From Orbicella franksi (Eukaryota), in assembly GCA_964199315.1 (NCBI GenBank), contig OZ116712.1, forward strand, positions 20,646,001-20,710,000: DNA of 64,000 nucleotides. Reading direction: 5' to 3'. The notes under the pieces are model-generated. The model had not been told where the DNA came from. It saw only the letters and a program-made list of their open reading frames with translations, and made no database searches. Every line of letters starts with the position of its first letter. The stretch's first letter is position 1. The translations under genes were made by a program, and so were the position numbers. Shown here in pieces: positions 44,501-58,100 of this stretch.

Positions 44501-47500
44501 GGTGTTTTCCACCAGATTCCGGGCCTTCTGCTTTTTCAGGAGAAGTAGCTTCTGCTTCCTATATTGCTTAACGTACTCTTTTATGGGCTGATGAAGACAT
44601 CGTATGTAAGCTGCAGCTTGATCAAGTGCTAAAGGAAGCCCACCAAGCTCTCGCACCAGCTCACGAATCTCACTGTCATTCTCTCCAGCTGTTCCCGTTC
44701 GCATTCGCAGAAACTGAATCCCTTCTTCATCTGCCAAGCATTTTAACTCAACGCAAAAGTTTTCTTCGATACCCGTTTCTTCTCCAATTTCCACTGCTTC
44801 TCTCCTTGTGGTTATGATAATATGGCCATGCGCCGCTTGTTTCCAGTGGCCAGTGAGCAGCTTTCGCATGTCTGCAGATATTTCACGCTCGTCAAGATTG
44901 TCAACGACTAAACACCACAATTTTTCTCGCCTTCTCAGCCAATCAAGTGTTCCTAACAAGGAATTACCAAACTCTTCTTCCAGAGTTCCAATTTGGCGCG
45001 CCATCTCGCTAAGGGATATTTGAAAAAGATTGTTGTTTTCGCCTGAAATCCAAAAAATTCCGCCTGGAAATTCCTCACTCTCTTTTTGCCGCCAAAGGAA
45101 CTCAACAGCAAGAGATGTTTTTCCCACACCACCGAGACCGCAAATCGCTGTCTCAACACAACCATTCTTGATACTTTTCAGCTGCTTTGCAATTGCCTCT
45201 AGCTCGGTTTCGCGACCACAGAAACACTGATTGCGATTGGGTACTTGAAAAATGTCAACATCAGCTGTTGCATTTATATTACTCTCTTCTAGAGCTTTAA
45301 GCCGAGATTCTAACTGACTCTGCCCGATTTCTAGGCTCACAACCTTCGAAGTTAGACTATCCTGTTCCTCTTTCAAAGACGTGACGGTTGTTTCCAGGTC
45401 GCTTTGCCTTTCGTCTAACCAGGCAATGTTCCCTTTATTCGTATCTTGGCGTTTTTCAATGTTTGTTAAGCTGTTCGAAATATCTCCAATTGCACTTGAC
45501 AAGGCTTCGTTTTTTTCCACTTGTTCCTTTCGCTCTGCCTCCATTCGGCTTTCAATGTCGGCTATACGCTTATCAAATTTATTCATTTCATCTGTGACAT
45601 CCTGAAGTGCTGCACTTATCTTCTTAGCTTCATCAGCACTTGATTTCTTGATGGCTTCGAGGTCCTGGGCCAGGTTAGTAACCTCGGCACTTACGAGGTT
45701 CATTAACTCCTTATCCACTGGGCATCCCATGCACAATGTCAAGCCTACCACGGAAATAAATAAATATGTCAGATACCCGTAACAATAACTGGAGACAAGC
45801 CAAAAATGACCTGCCTTAATTTAGCACGTCACAAGCTCGGATATGGAGGCTCGGATATGGAGGGTAACCTCATTCCACACAAACAAACAAATTTATAAAC
45901 TGAATAGATTGAACACGAGTTTGTTCCATAAATGTAGAGTGAAGAACAATTTAAACACTGCTGTGCAGGTTGCCTTCAGGACAGGTTATTCCCAATAATG
46001 AAAAACAGAAAAGGCAGCGAGGCCGAACAGCGGATGCTCTCAGGATCACTATATGTGCAAAATAAACATTCAAGTTACTAACCCTTTTTTTCCCAGTCCT
46101 GGAGGTCATCAAGGTCTTTATCTTCATCTGCTTTAAGAAGCCCCAGTGAACGAATCAATGTTTCCATGAGCTGAAAACAGTTCTGGTATTCTGGCTCGGT
46201 CCAGTGGTCAAAGTTGCAATGGCCCCACTCATTTCGCACTTTGGCGCGTACATCCTTGGCATTGGTTTTAATGCGAGCATGAAAAACAGATGCATTGGAC
46301 AGAATCCCTAGCACTGCTGATAGGTCGCACGTGATATCAAACCCTGCAAAGAGACAATAAATTTAGTATTTTACGGGTTATCACGTCGCAGAAGAGGGTT
46401 AACCCACATATAGTGGGACTTCCATTAAAAAGGGGCGGGTGTATGCAACTGAATTCCTAGCCTACATGCAGTTCACACCAGGTATGTGCTACTGTGGGAA
46501 ACGCTAGCCTCCAAGAATAACGATTCCCCACGAATCTAACAAAGAGAAAAAGAAATCAGGACAAATTATACTCACAAGTCCACGGGCAGGTTTATTGGCT
46601 CAGAGGCTCCTTGCTCAACTGGTTAAAACTCAACTGGTTTGGTACATCTCTCGACTGGTTTACAAGGTCAACTGAACTCAAATCACAAAACGCTTATCTT
46701 TTATACTCTTTACTGCATGCAATGTTGCATGCAAGCGAACTAAAGGTTAATTTCTGGTCCTTGACACATGTCTTTCTCGGCTATTTGACAAAATTACTTA
46801 TTTGAATGAAATTGATATACCACGTGGGTCTGCTATCATCGACTCAAGTCTGCTCAAATCACGCTATCCATAATACTAGCTCCAGTCTCCGACACTACTG
46901 ATAGCCATAAAGTTTGAAACGTAATGCCCCTTTCCCTGTCGAAACTAGCCCTCATCCAACACTAGCCTTAAATTTCAAAATTGTTAGCGAATCCTGAAAC
47001 TAACTAACTTGCCCGGGAAAGTAACGTCGTTCCGAAAGTAGAGACTCAAACGTCACTTCATAAGTTATTGTTCGTAGAGACAATGGAAATATCAGGCACA
47101 AGAAGCTATATCGAACTGAACTGATGTTTGTATCAATTAGATGGCCAACACGCGGTCAAAAAATACGTTTTAGCTACCCGGAAAGTTGCGACCCTTAGAA
47201 AGTAACGATAAGTAGACATTTGAGAACCAACGATTTCTGGATCTGGAGGACTTTGACTTCTTGTGGTTCAATTTGGGGAGCTTGAGTCTTAATGCATACC
47301 ATTTCTCTAGTGAACAAGAACTACTTTTAAGTAATTCTTCTCCATAATGGGTTTTGTCAGGTAGAAAACTCTACATTTAAGTAGCTGGGAATATTTTTTC
47401 TTGAGCAACCAAACCTAGATATAGGGCAGTTCAGCTGGCTGGTAGTGAAAGTCAAACATTTTGCCAACAACTTGGTTGTTTTCAAGGAAACAGAATTACC

Positions 47501-48713
47501 AGTCACAGCAAGATGGTATTCGAAGAAATTGTCTTTATCACTATTCAAAACATTGTGAAAGTGTGAGTTAATGTGTTGTTTTATAATTGGTACCTCAAAG
47601 GGTGAAAAAAAATTAAGCCACACCCACAAAACAAGCTCTTGGTACCTTGGTAACAGAATTTCCAATGAGCACTCCTGTCCTTTTATAAACGAGTCCCACC
47701 CCCCAGGCAACATATTGTCTCACCTGTAAACTTAGCCATGTGTGGTTCAAGGTACAGTTTAGCCAGATCTACATCTGTGGTAACTTTGTAATCATATGAA
47801 CTTTCCTTTCTCTTGAACTTCCTCAAGTTGTTGTTGATGCTACTGTAATTCAACTTAAAAGATCCATCATGAGTTAACTGGGAACCAAAGACTTGAGTGT
47901 CAATTCTATTTAAGCTCTTTAGCGATGCATAGTGTTTGGAAATTTCTTGACTGGTAAAATCGCGAAGAACTGGTAGAAGAAGCCTGTTCAGGCAAATACC
48001 GATCACAACCCATCTCTTCTGCTTGTCTCCAAGATAAAAGCTGCTGACTACGAATATAAAGTAAGAAAAAACACAAACCAAAAGATTAGACATGCAAGAC
48101 ACATACATAATACCAATCAGTCAATTCTAGCAGTGGCCGACTGGATTCACCAAGTATTCAAGTAAAAATCATGACTTTGTGGTAGGATATATGTTTCCCT
48201 TGAAAAAGCACCCAAATTGTAAACATCCCAAGTCATAAAAATGCATCAGTACAAGTTTATTACAGTCACTAATGCCCAGTTCTTCTCATTAGATATTGCC
48301 CTTTGGATCATGATAGTTTGTTACAAAAATCATGTTGAAACAGAAGACAATAGACCATTTTCATGTTCTCGGTATTGCTCTGGAACTAGCTTGTAATGTA
48401 ATTGAGGGTAATGGAGGGAGTCTTTTTGAATGCAAATGACATTAATCTCTTTTTCATGATATTCCCCTGCACAGGCCTCCATTGTGAGCTAGTTCCAGTC
48501 CAATACTGAGAATACAAATATGGCCTATTCTGAGACCCTGTCAGTGTATATTGCACATACATGTGAGCCTTAAATGTCACTTCAATCTAGTCATTAGTGC
48601 TTACCTGGCCCGGCTGCAGCTGATGGTGCAGATAGAATTATGGGGGCTGCAGAAGGCCCTGGAGGTGTTGTTGGCACACATGAGATTATGCTGTGGCCCC
48701 CACCTGTTGCCAT
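41579..48713 (-). CDS. NLR-like STAND NTPase copy 2, 1619 aa, same architecture as copy 1. Coding exons 48605-48713, 47724-48047, 46083-46343, 41579-45744.
   Basis: Exon sizes 109/324/261/4166 nt, all introns phase 1, frame open throughout. RNEWGH at 46219-46236; GLGGVGKT, LVVDNLDE, GLPLAL, VHRLVQ, TPR, beta-helix and MYND (CTYC...CSNC...YCSKEC...H...C) are all retained. Confidence 0.92.
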
Positions 48714-51700
48714 GCCACCCTAAAATTAAACGAGCATCTGTCTTCAGTATAAAGTCACTCACTCGACAAAAAACTAACAGTGGAAACTCCCTATCTAGCT
48801 ACAGCTAGCATAACACACTGTGCATAAATACTAATGTGAACGGAGTTAAATTTATGCCTGTAATCAATGAGGGTGGTTTTTAATCTAACATGTACATTGA
48901 ATTATCAGCTTACCAGAGCACATGAAAAAAGATTAAAATTAGGCTGGTTGAATACGCATTTTTATATAACTGCAGAAATTTTTGTATGCTCATTGGTTCA
49001 TTTTCATTTACAGACACATGAATTTATAAGTTTACTAATAATTTATTGACATCAGTGTTTCAAACCTCTGTCCTGTTATTGACAAGGAATTTTGTCATTA
49101 CATTGTCAAACAGTGCGTGGATCCACTTGCCTGTCACCTTGTGGATCCACAACTACTTTGGTAATGTTATGATGAAATAAATGATTAATAACAGGACAGA
49201 CACATGAAAAACGAACATCAATTTTTTAAAAATTACCATTCATCCTTGGTTATCAATTCCCCCTCCTTATTTGTCCATCAGTTTTAGGCTATGTGATCTA
49301 GATCTGTCCTCTCAACATACAACAATGATGTGTAAGCTTATTTCCAGTTTTAAGCCTTCCCCCAAAAGGGATATATGCCCTCCCCACATCTACCATATTT
49401 AAAGGGCTTTTTGTGACATTCATCTCCTTGTATGGTTAGAAGAGCAGTCATTTCCACAGCTTAGATGTAAATATTACAGTTTTCCTGTCACTTATTCATG
49501 TCCAGAAACAGTAAGAAAATAAATACAATGTTAATACGATGTTTGGTTGGTTTGCATTATGGCAGGGGTTGGATATTTAACATAATAACGTAAATTAAAA
49601 TTTAAAGCTGTCAACATCCTCATGTTCCCACGGAGCACTTAAAATTGAGAAATGAATTTATTGCTTTGAATTGTGAGCCTAAAACTGTTTTCAAAAATCA
49701 AAATTCAGAACTTCGATCTCCACCCCACATTTTTCTTATGTGGACCCAGATGAAAAATGATGTTGATTCTTGCTCTTATTTGGAACCCCCAACGCTTTAG
49801 AAGTAAAGATTTTTCAATCATGTCAATCGATCACTAGCACAATTTATCAATGTTCACATCTGTTTATATAAAGATCTATTTCTGCATATTTGACAACAGA
49901 ATATCAGCCTAATCATTGAACAACTGGGAATAGATAAATCATTATCTGATGGATAAGAGTGGACAGAGGATACTATGCTACCTAGTGGATAGTGATTTGT
50001 TGAAATTCCTCCTTTGAACAAGCATTAACTGGCCAGTAGTTTGGATTTCAGAATTTCGGTGACGTCACATGAAATTCGTTTGAACAATCAAACTGAGTCA
50101 AATGCTTCATAAAGTTTCTAATGGCTTGAATATTGTCACAATTAAAACGATGAAGAGCAAAATTCTGGCTTTTGCTTTTCTTTCACAGATTTTCCATTTT
50201 GTCCACTTCAGCTTTTGTAGATTGATTGTTCTCTATGTGTTGGTTTCTTGCGGATTCCGCCATTTTGACTGCTTCCGGGATTCATGTTTTGTTAAATTTA
50301 TATAACCCGAAATTGAAAACGTTCACTTAACTGTACTTGAGATAAAAGCAGTCGAACGGAATCTAACGACACGAAGTACACTATTATTTTACCGAAAAAT
50401 CGTCCATTTGACTATCTTTTGCTACAATAATTTAGCTTATAAATTAATTGATGTAAGCTTACTTTTCCTGTTACGTTGCTGCAAATATCATCTCTAAGCT
50501 TACCTCTCGTTTAAAATGTTACGCTTAACAGTAAAGAATGACTCGATTAGTTGTTAATTCCGTTTTCCACCAGCAATTCGCCAAGAAAACAGTTTTCAAA
50601 GGCAACATAGAATGAGAGACGAATCTCGACTTAGCTGATTCGAAGAACTTGACAAATGTTGATTCCCAGAAAATTTAGAATTCCCGGAAATATGGAAATG
50701 AAAGAACTGGTATGGAGTGACGGGTGAATTGAACGGAGGAATATGGCTACGGAAGCGAAAAAATTGTATTGCTTTGACAAGTTTCACAATTAATGATTTA
50801 TGAAAGGGCTGAAAAAAAATTGAAGTAAAATCTGAAAAAGGTAAAGCCGTGCCGATATTTCACACAGATTCTGCACAAACTTGAGGAGTCCTCCATTAGC
50901 TGGTCCACATGACCGGCACAAAATCGGAATAGAGATTATTTCTGCTTCATCGCATGTAATTACTAACCGTAACTGTTTTTTCTTAATTTTTTGATGTGAA
51001 AAAATCTTATTTTGTGATATCTGTGCAGACGCTTTGGCCACACACGACACTTGACATTCCGCCGTTCAACGTTCCTCGTCAACCATGCCCAGCTTCCAAA
51101 AATTCTTCTTTTTCTGACGAACCGTTCCTCTCTTTCCAGGAAAACGGGGTTACCACCTAGCACATTTTTGAGCCTTTATCTTTCGTTGCAAACATCTAAA
51201 AAGTGATAATAGATTCAATTTTCATGACGCGGTGATTCTCTAAAAGATTATGAACATTACATGTATGTTGCCTAGTTCCTAGGCCTCAATATTTCGCCGC
51301 GGTCAATCGCACTGGGTCACGTGATCCGGGGCAAAAAGTGTGAAGACCTGGGAGAAAGCCGCACAGGAACTAGGCAAACATGTGGAGTGTACGTACTATT
51401 TGGCTGACAAAGGTGGAGTAGTTTGTCATTAAATATTTCATTGAAGTCTGTTTGAAACAGAATATTTCTCTTTTCACGGAACAGACATATCTTCAGGAGA
51501 AAATTGTTAAATACTGAGAGGCTTATGTTGCTTTAAAAAGACCCACGTTAACCTAAATTAAAAGTTTATTTTCGAGCGCTGTATTTTGTCCGTATTTTTA
51601 TAATGCTATTTTTAGGAGTTTCTGTCACGCTAAGTTTAAGAGTTTCTGTCACGCTAAGTTTAGGAATTTCTGTCACGCGCAGTTTGTGAGTTTCTGCCAC

Positions 51701-52170
51701 GCTACGTTTCAATTTATGCTTTTTCATTTGAGTACTTCACTGGTGGAATTAGGCCTCTAAATATTGGGTTAAAGCGACAAAAAAAGAGAAAGAAACATTA
51801 CGAAGCCAGATTGAACTCAGATTATGTTTTCCGTAAGCTAAGGGAAACCAGCCTCCAAACGTTTCAGAGTATGCAGGGACAACCCCATTGTGATAGCTTC
51901 CATTGGAAATAAAGGTGAATTAAAAATGTTGAAGAATGAAGGGAATTAAACAGTCGTTGAATACAGTCGAAAGATGACAAGCTAAATTACAATGTAAGCG
52001 GCCTCTAATGACAGTTACAAAATAAAACCCTGAAGCCTTTTTGTTTTCAAATAATTACGACTCGTTTTTAATAAAACCACAACTACATTGAAGACAATAA
52101 TTATTGAGCTCGAACTTCGTGCTCAGTGTGACTTAAATATCGTGGGATATTAGGCTCCTTATGCAGAATC

Positions 52171-55100
52171 TCAATCAGACTCATTTTCTAAGTTAGTGTA
52201 GGATTCCTTTTCGTGTTTCGCGCGTTCGTTCGCCATTGCCAGTTGTCTCATGTTCAACAGACACCCAGCGGCAGCCTCTTGTAAGCCAGCATCTTCTGAG
52301 CCAACCATCTCCAGCAACAGCTGAAAACGTAAAATAGAGAGGGGACTGATTAACTGATTATCAGTCGATTGACTGCGTGGTTGATTATCGATTGATTGAT
52401 TGATTTGTTTATTGGTTAATTGTTGAATCAGTCCAATATGATATCAGTATACACGATATAACAACAAATTCTCACAACTATATTAAAAGATACGTGAGGC
52501 GATTGGTAAGGAGAGTTAAGATCTCGAGCTTAGAAGCGTTACCTTGACAACTCCACTGCGGTGCATTGTGATACAACTGTCAGGGTTTTTCCCAAGCTGC
52601 TCAAGAGCCCGCATTGCAGACCGCTGTACTATAATGTCATGTGACGCCAGGTACTCTACCATGGGCTTCACTGCGCCTTCCTCAGAGAACCTTTTAGCGT
52701 TGTTGCCCCATTTACTGCACATGGCGATGGCTTCAGCAAGATGACGCCTTAGAACTATATCAGTCTGAACATGGAAATACAAAGTTGTTAATTCCTGAAA
52801 AAAATACTGGCTGCATCGGTGGGAAAGTGGAACACTTCGCTACTTATCAACTTAAAGTTGATACAAAATTTTAAATCGTATCGTATTCATAAATGAAAAA
52901 TTATATCGTCTTGGTAGAGTTGATTCATCAAACTGCGCTTTCTGTCATGATGAAGATGAATCCATCGGGCATTTACTTTTCTTCTGCACGAGATCTGCCG
53001 AGTTTTGGAAACACGTCCTGTCCTGGGTACGAGACAAGAATATCTATGTTGGAACTTTGACCGAAACAGATCTGATTTTTGGAAAATTTGACGTTAACCG
53101 ACGAGAATTATATCTTGATCAATCACATCTTGTTTCTACGCAAATATTATTTTTCTTCTAGGAATTGTATGAATTGATTGCCTTCTTTTCGTGGTTTTAT
53201 TGCCACAGCAGGACGCATATATATATAAAATTGAGCTCCACTGACATCGCTAGGAAAAGAGACAAGATACTTCCCAACTTAAAGCTTATTCATGCTTTTT
53301 TAATGCTTTTTTTCTAATTAGTCATACCGTAACTTTATTATTCTGTCTTCGGTAATCGTAACCCCTTAATATTGTATTATTCTGTTGCAGTCGCGCCTTG
53401 AATTGTGTGTGTGTTTGAGAGTGATAGTGAATTATCATTTGCTCGATTATGTTATATATTTGCTTTCTTTTGCTTCTTTGTAAGAAGTTTGTAAGAATTT
53501 TTAATGCTGCTGTTTTTCTTCTCTTTTTTCCCTAAAAACTACTAAAAGACAAAATAAAACTTGAAGTTAATAGAAGTAGATTTAACAGCCGCAGTATAAC
53601 GGGTCTGTGAAGCTGTAAAGCTAATGAGAGCTCGGCTATAAGATAAAATTTCAGCCCATTTCTGATCTATAATTCCTGTTATTGTCACCAGTAGGTCTGA
53701 TTGACAAGCGCCTCGCCAACGTACTGTTGCTGCGATGCAATGTAACTGACGCAGCTGATGTTCTTACCTTATGTGTGAGGTGCGCCAAGTGACGAACAAC
53801 CTCGTAATCTGTGATCACTCCTAAATTCTCTGGATCACACGCCACTATTGATATCACTGCACAAGCGCTGGTCAGAACCTGAAATATTTGTGAATGTGTG
53901 TTAGTGAAGAGGGCGTTAGGTTAGCTTTTTTGTTTGTGTGTGTAAATAATAATAAATAAACAAATAATGAAAGTATTTCATTTTAGGAATAAGGACAGTC
54001 AGGATGGTCAATAAAACTCTTGCCTTAATGTTCCTGGTGTGATTTCATCCTGGAATTAAATATGCTTATTGATGTTTTGATATCAACAATAATGTATAAA
54101 ATATCACGCGGCATACAAGTGTACTTACTTCCAAATCATCAGATTTGAGCAAGCGAACAGTCAGATCCAGGCCCCCTACAAAGGATCGGGCGGTTTCCCA
54201 GGCTTCCTACAAGCAAAACCTCTTGTAAGGTAAATTAATAGCATTGTGACAAAAAAGTGTTAATGTACTGCGCATTCAACTCGAACAGCAATCTTTTGTA
54301 GAAAAGTAATTGTAGGACTACGAGTAGTCCCTTTTTCGCTTAGTCCGTCGAGCGAGACCGTAAATAAACCGCGAGGAAAAAATGGCCTCACGCACACTTC
54401 TCGCTCTCAGGATCTCCCGCGGCCATTTTTTTTCTTGCGGGAAGTCGCGTTACGCGCGACGGACTAGGCGAAAGGGGGACTACTCGTAGTCTAAGTGATC
54501 GTAAGCCACGGCCGCTCTTCTACACGTCCTTAAGGTCATTCCTAAGTATTGCATTGCGCATCCCTACTACGCATAATTTCACGCGTAATTAGCGCGCGCG
54601 CATTAAAAAATGGCGCATTTTTCTTTACGGCTGGACCTCGCCATAGAGGCAAATCGTCATTTTCTCGCAAACGAGTATGGTGACCTATCATTTTTTTCTG
54701 TTTTTTTTTTTAAACTGAGTAATAAATTTCTCTGTGTAAAATAAATGTGGACCAATTCTCAGTGTAGAGCAAGAAAAGCTGTATATGACTGTATATGACG
54801 TTTCGTCGGAAACGTGAATTTAACAAGCAATCGTGACTACGAACATGGTGCTATTATAAGGATTTATTGGGTATAAAAAAGGTGCTGTTGAACCTAAACG
54901 AACATGGGGACCCGTCATTTTTATCTCAAAATTTAAGTTCCTACAATATAAACAATCAATAGGCAAAGTTATACAAAAATCTCAGTGCAAGTTCAATAAT
55001 TTCAGTGGAATGACCTTAAGTAAAGGTCATCTACAACAAAGTAGTTAAATTCATGTCCACCTCAGAAATTATAATTAAATTATTCACCTAGAGTACCCAA

Positions 55101-58100
55101 AGAACATAACAGTTAGGTAACATAGAAGTTATTTCATACCGGTGTGTCTTGCATTAGTCTGTAAACGGCCCAGGCTGCCCCAGCAACTACCTGTAAATTA
55201 GAAAAATACGTCGTGTTATTCACATCAGTTGTACACTCAGCCTTGACTGCAAATCGCACATCTTGTTTTGACTGACAGGCTAAACTGTTAGCAAAACTTC
55301 GACTTGCCTTGTTGTTTCTTGACTTCATAAGCGACCATAGTAGTCTTAGTCCTTCAAGCCTGTTGAAAACTCTGGAAACCATAAATAAAGCAATAACTGC
55401 AAATGTAAGGCGTTAGTCCAGGGCTTGGATTAAAACAGTGACTTTGCCATGAGCCAGGAGTACCCTAGACAGTTAAAATGCTCCTCACACACGATAACTG
55501 TTTGCATAAACCCATTCCTCTCCCCCATTTTATTATACAACGTTCCGTCAACTTTCCAACAACTTACAACTTTCCATCAACTTTCCAACTACTTACGCTC
55601 GACAGCTACTATTCACAGCGCATGCTGCAATGGCTCTTGCCGCTGTTCCAGTGAGCTCTTCATTTGGAATGTTTAAGATGTCCACAAGTGTCTTACAGCC
55701 TTTGCACCGTAATACTTCCAATGGACCTTTAGGATCTTTGGCAATTTCTCCAATGGCTCCAACAATATGGAGTTGAACCTTGGTTGAACATCAAAATCAG
55801 AGAATTAAAATCAAAGATCATTTAGTTTCCTTCCATGATCACATCTCAGTCTATTTTTGGGTACTCAACAGTGTTGAATGAATCGTTTTACATTTATTCC
55901 TTTATGTCACCTCTGCTAATTATTTATTTCCTCACATCGTAATTTCTATAAATATGCCTTGAGTTATTTTGATTTATTCATTTGACAATGATGACACGAA
56001 GTCGTTGCTTTACTTTCGCTAATTTTATTGCTTACATTTTTTTTCGAAATCGCTTTTTGTTATAACAAACAAATCAAATATAGTGGGTCCAAATCGCATT
56101 CATCCGGAAGTCCTTTCAATACTAACTTGCTCAGGAAGTTCGTCTCCGCCCTCGTCTCCCTGGAGAAGCCAGATAAGGGTCTCCAAAGCCTTGACTTCCA
56201 TTAGTCTGGTAAAATATCAACAAAAAACAAAAACAACAATTAAAGTAAAAATAAACAAATGCTTTACACATAGGTACTGGAGATGGCTGTGAGTCCGATT
56301 CAACACGTACGTGCTATCTGGTTTCTGTTACTTTCATTACTTAAAAAATACCCTCTTGACGTGGGCCTTCAATAACTTTCTTCGACCGTGCTTATCACAG
56401 TCTAAACCACTGAAGTGCATGCACACTCGCCTTCTAACATTGTATTCGCTGATTGCACATTTCCATATAGCACCGGTCACAGCCGCCAACAGCTTCTTGT
56501 TATCTTGGCGGGAAAGAAGTGAGACGAGTGTGTCCAGGCCACCGCAGTCATATACAGCTTTTCTTGTCTGTTCGTCCACGGCACACTGCCAAGTAATTGG
56601 TAAGAAAAAAAATCAGAGGCCTGTAAACGAAGGTGCGGTTCGCATTAAAATCGCACCTCCGTTAACGGAGATACCACAAACAAGCACTGCACTTGTGGCC
56701 TCTAATTAGCGGATATTTCTGCTAATTTGCTCTGTTTTCTGGTCCTAGTCGTTTCTGACAGCAGGCACGACTGTTCGTGTTTTTGTTTCTTGTTGCGTTT
56801 TTAATTCTAGTTCCCACTCAACCACATGTTGTAGGCATCTGTATCCATAAATAAGCTACGCTTACTTTCAAACCCCAAATGGCTTATTCGAGCTTTCCCG
56901 CGCTTTTCGCGAATTACATGTTATCCTGCGCTTGGCTCGGGGTACTGGTTACACTCTTTTTTATGGGACTTTTGATTGGTCCATTGTCTTAATGCTTGTG
57001 TATGCTAGGAGTGATTTTAATTTAACGAAATCCAATTAGAAAATAAACTTACCAATTAAACCAATCAACTGGTTTAAAAAGGTTATTTTACCTTGAATAT
57101 GGCGTTGGCACAGTAACCCTGAAGCTCCTCATTGTCTGTTACCAAGCGCTGCACTATTGCCGCTATCATACTTTCCTTATAGAAAGCTTCTCTAAAACGA
57201 CTCTGAAACACAAAGTGAAAATATTTGTCGCAAAAAACAACTTAAAATCATGATAAGGTTGCTAGAACTCCTAAGTTTAGTACTAGAAAAGGTCTTAATA
57301 TCGCCTAAATTAACTGCATGCGAATAACTGTTTAAGTCGAGGGCTGCAAGGCGTAACGGTCTTTTCTCGTGATCTGCTTGCAAAAACATGTACTCTTGTT
57401 TGGAAAGAGCTCTGTGGCCGTCTTGAAGGCTTTGTCAAGAGCGAATTGGAATAAAGAATTGTTCGTTTTTGTATGAGGAGGAAAACCGGAGAATTTTGAA
57501 GAAGAACGCTCGACGCAAGGACGAAACCAATCACAATCTCAACATACTTGTGATGCTGGGTCCTGGATTCAGTCCCGGCCACACTGATTGAAGGCGAGCG
57601 CTCTCACCTTCATTCTGCGTCACCTCTGCCTTCAAAACTACTCTATAATGTAAAACCTACTTTACTTTACTGCTGCTTCGATCCAAGAAACTGTAGATTC
57701 TAAATCCTTAAATAACTTACGTGGCCAGGCTTAGACTTATTCTTGGGACAAAAAAAAAACACGAGGAAGTGGGGTTGAGACTAAAGTCAACAAAAGAATT
57801 TTGTGTCCTTCATATTCTTCTCGTGGCTTGATTACGTCAAAATAAATCTGGCAACGCAGTCTGATACTGCTATATAAGTGCATTTACTTATTACCTCCAC
57901 TGCACACTCTTGAGCAAGTCCTACAATAGGGACGAGGAACTCCTCTTTGTCCAGCCGGATGAGTTTGGCAAGTAACGGGACACTACCAGCCTTGAAGATT
58001 GCTGACCTACAAGTACAGATGTAGGTCAAACAATCTGAAGTGTTAATTAAAATTCAAAACATTTTCATTTGAAGAGATTTTGTCAAGTGCAAGCCTTCTG

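Larger units (their letters stand above)
30950..57805. repeat. Segmental duplication unit 2
   Basis: Same landmarks in the same order and orientation as unit 1, with unit-specific insertions and deletions. Confidence 0.9.
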
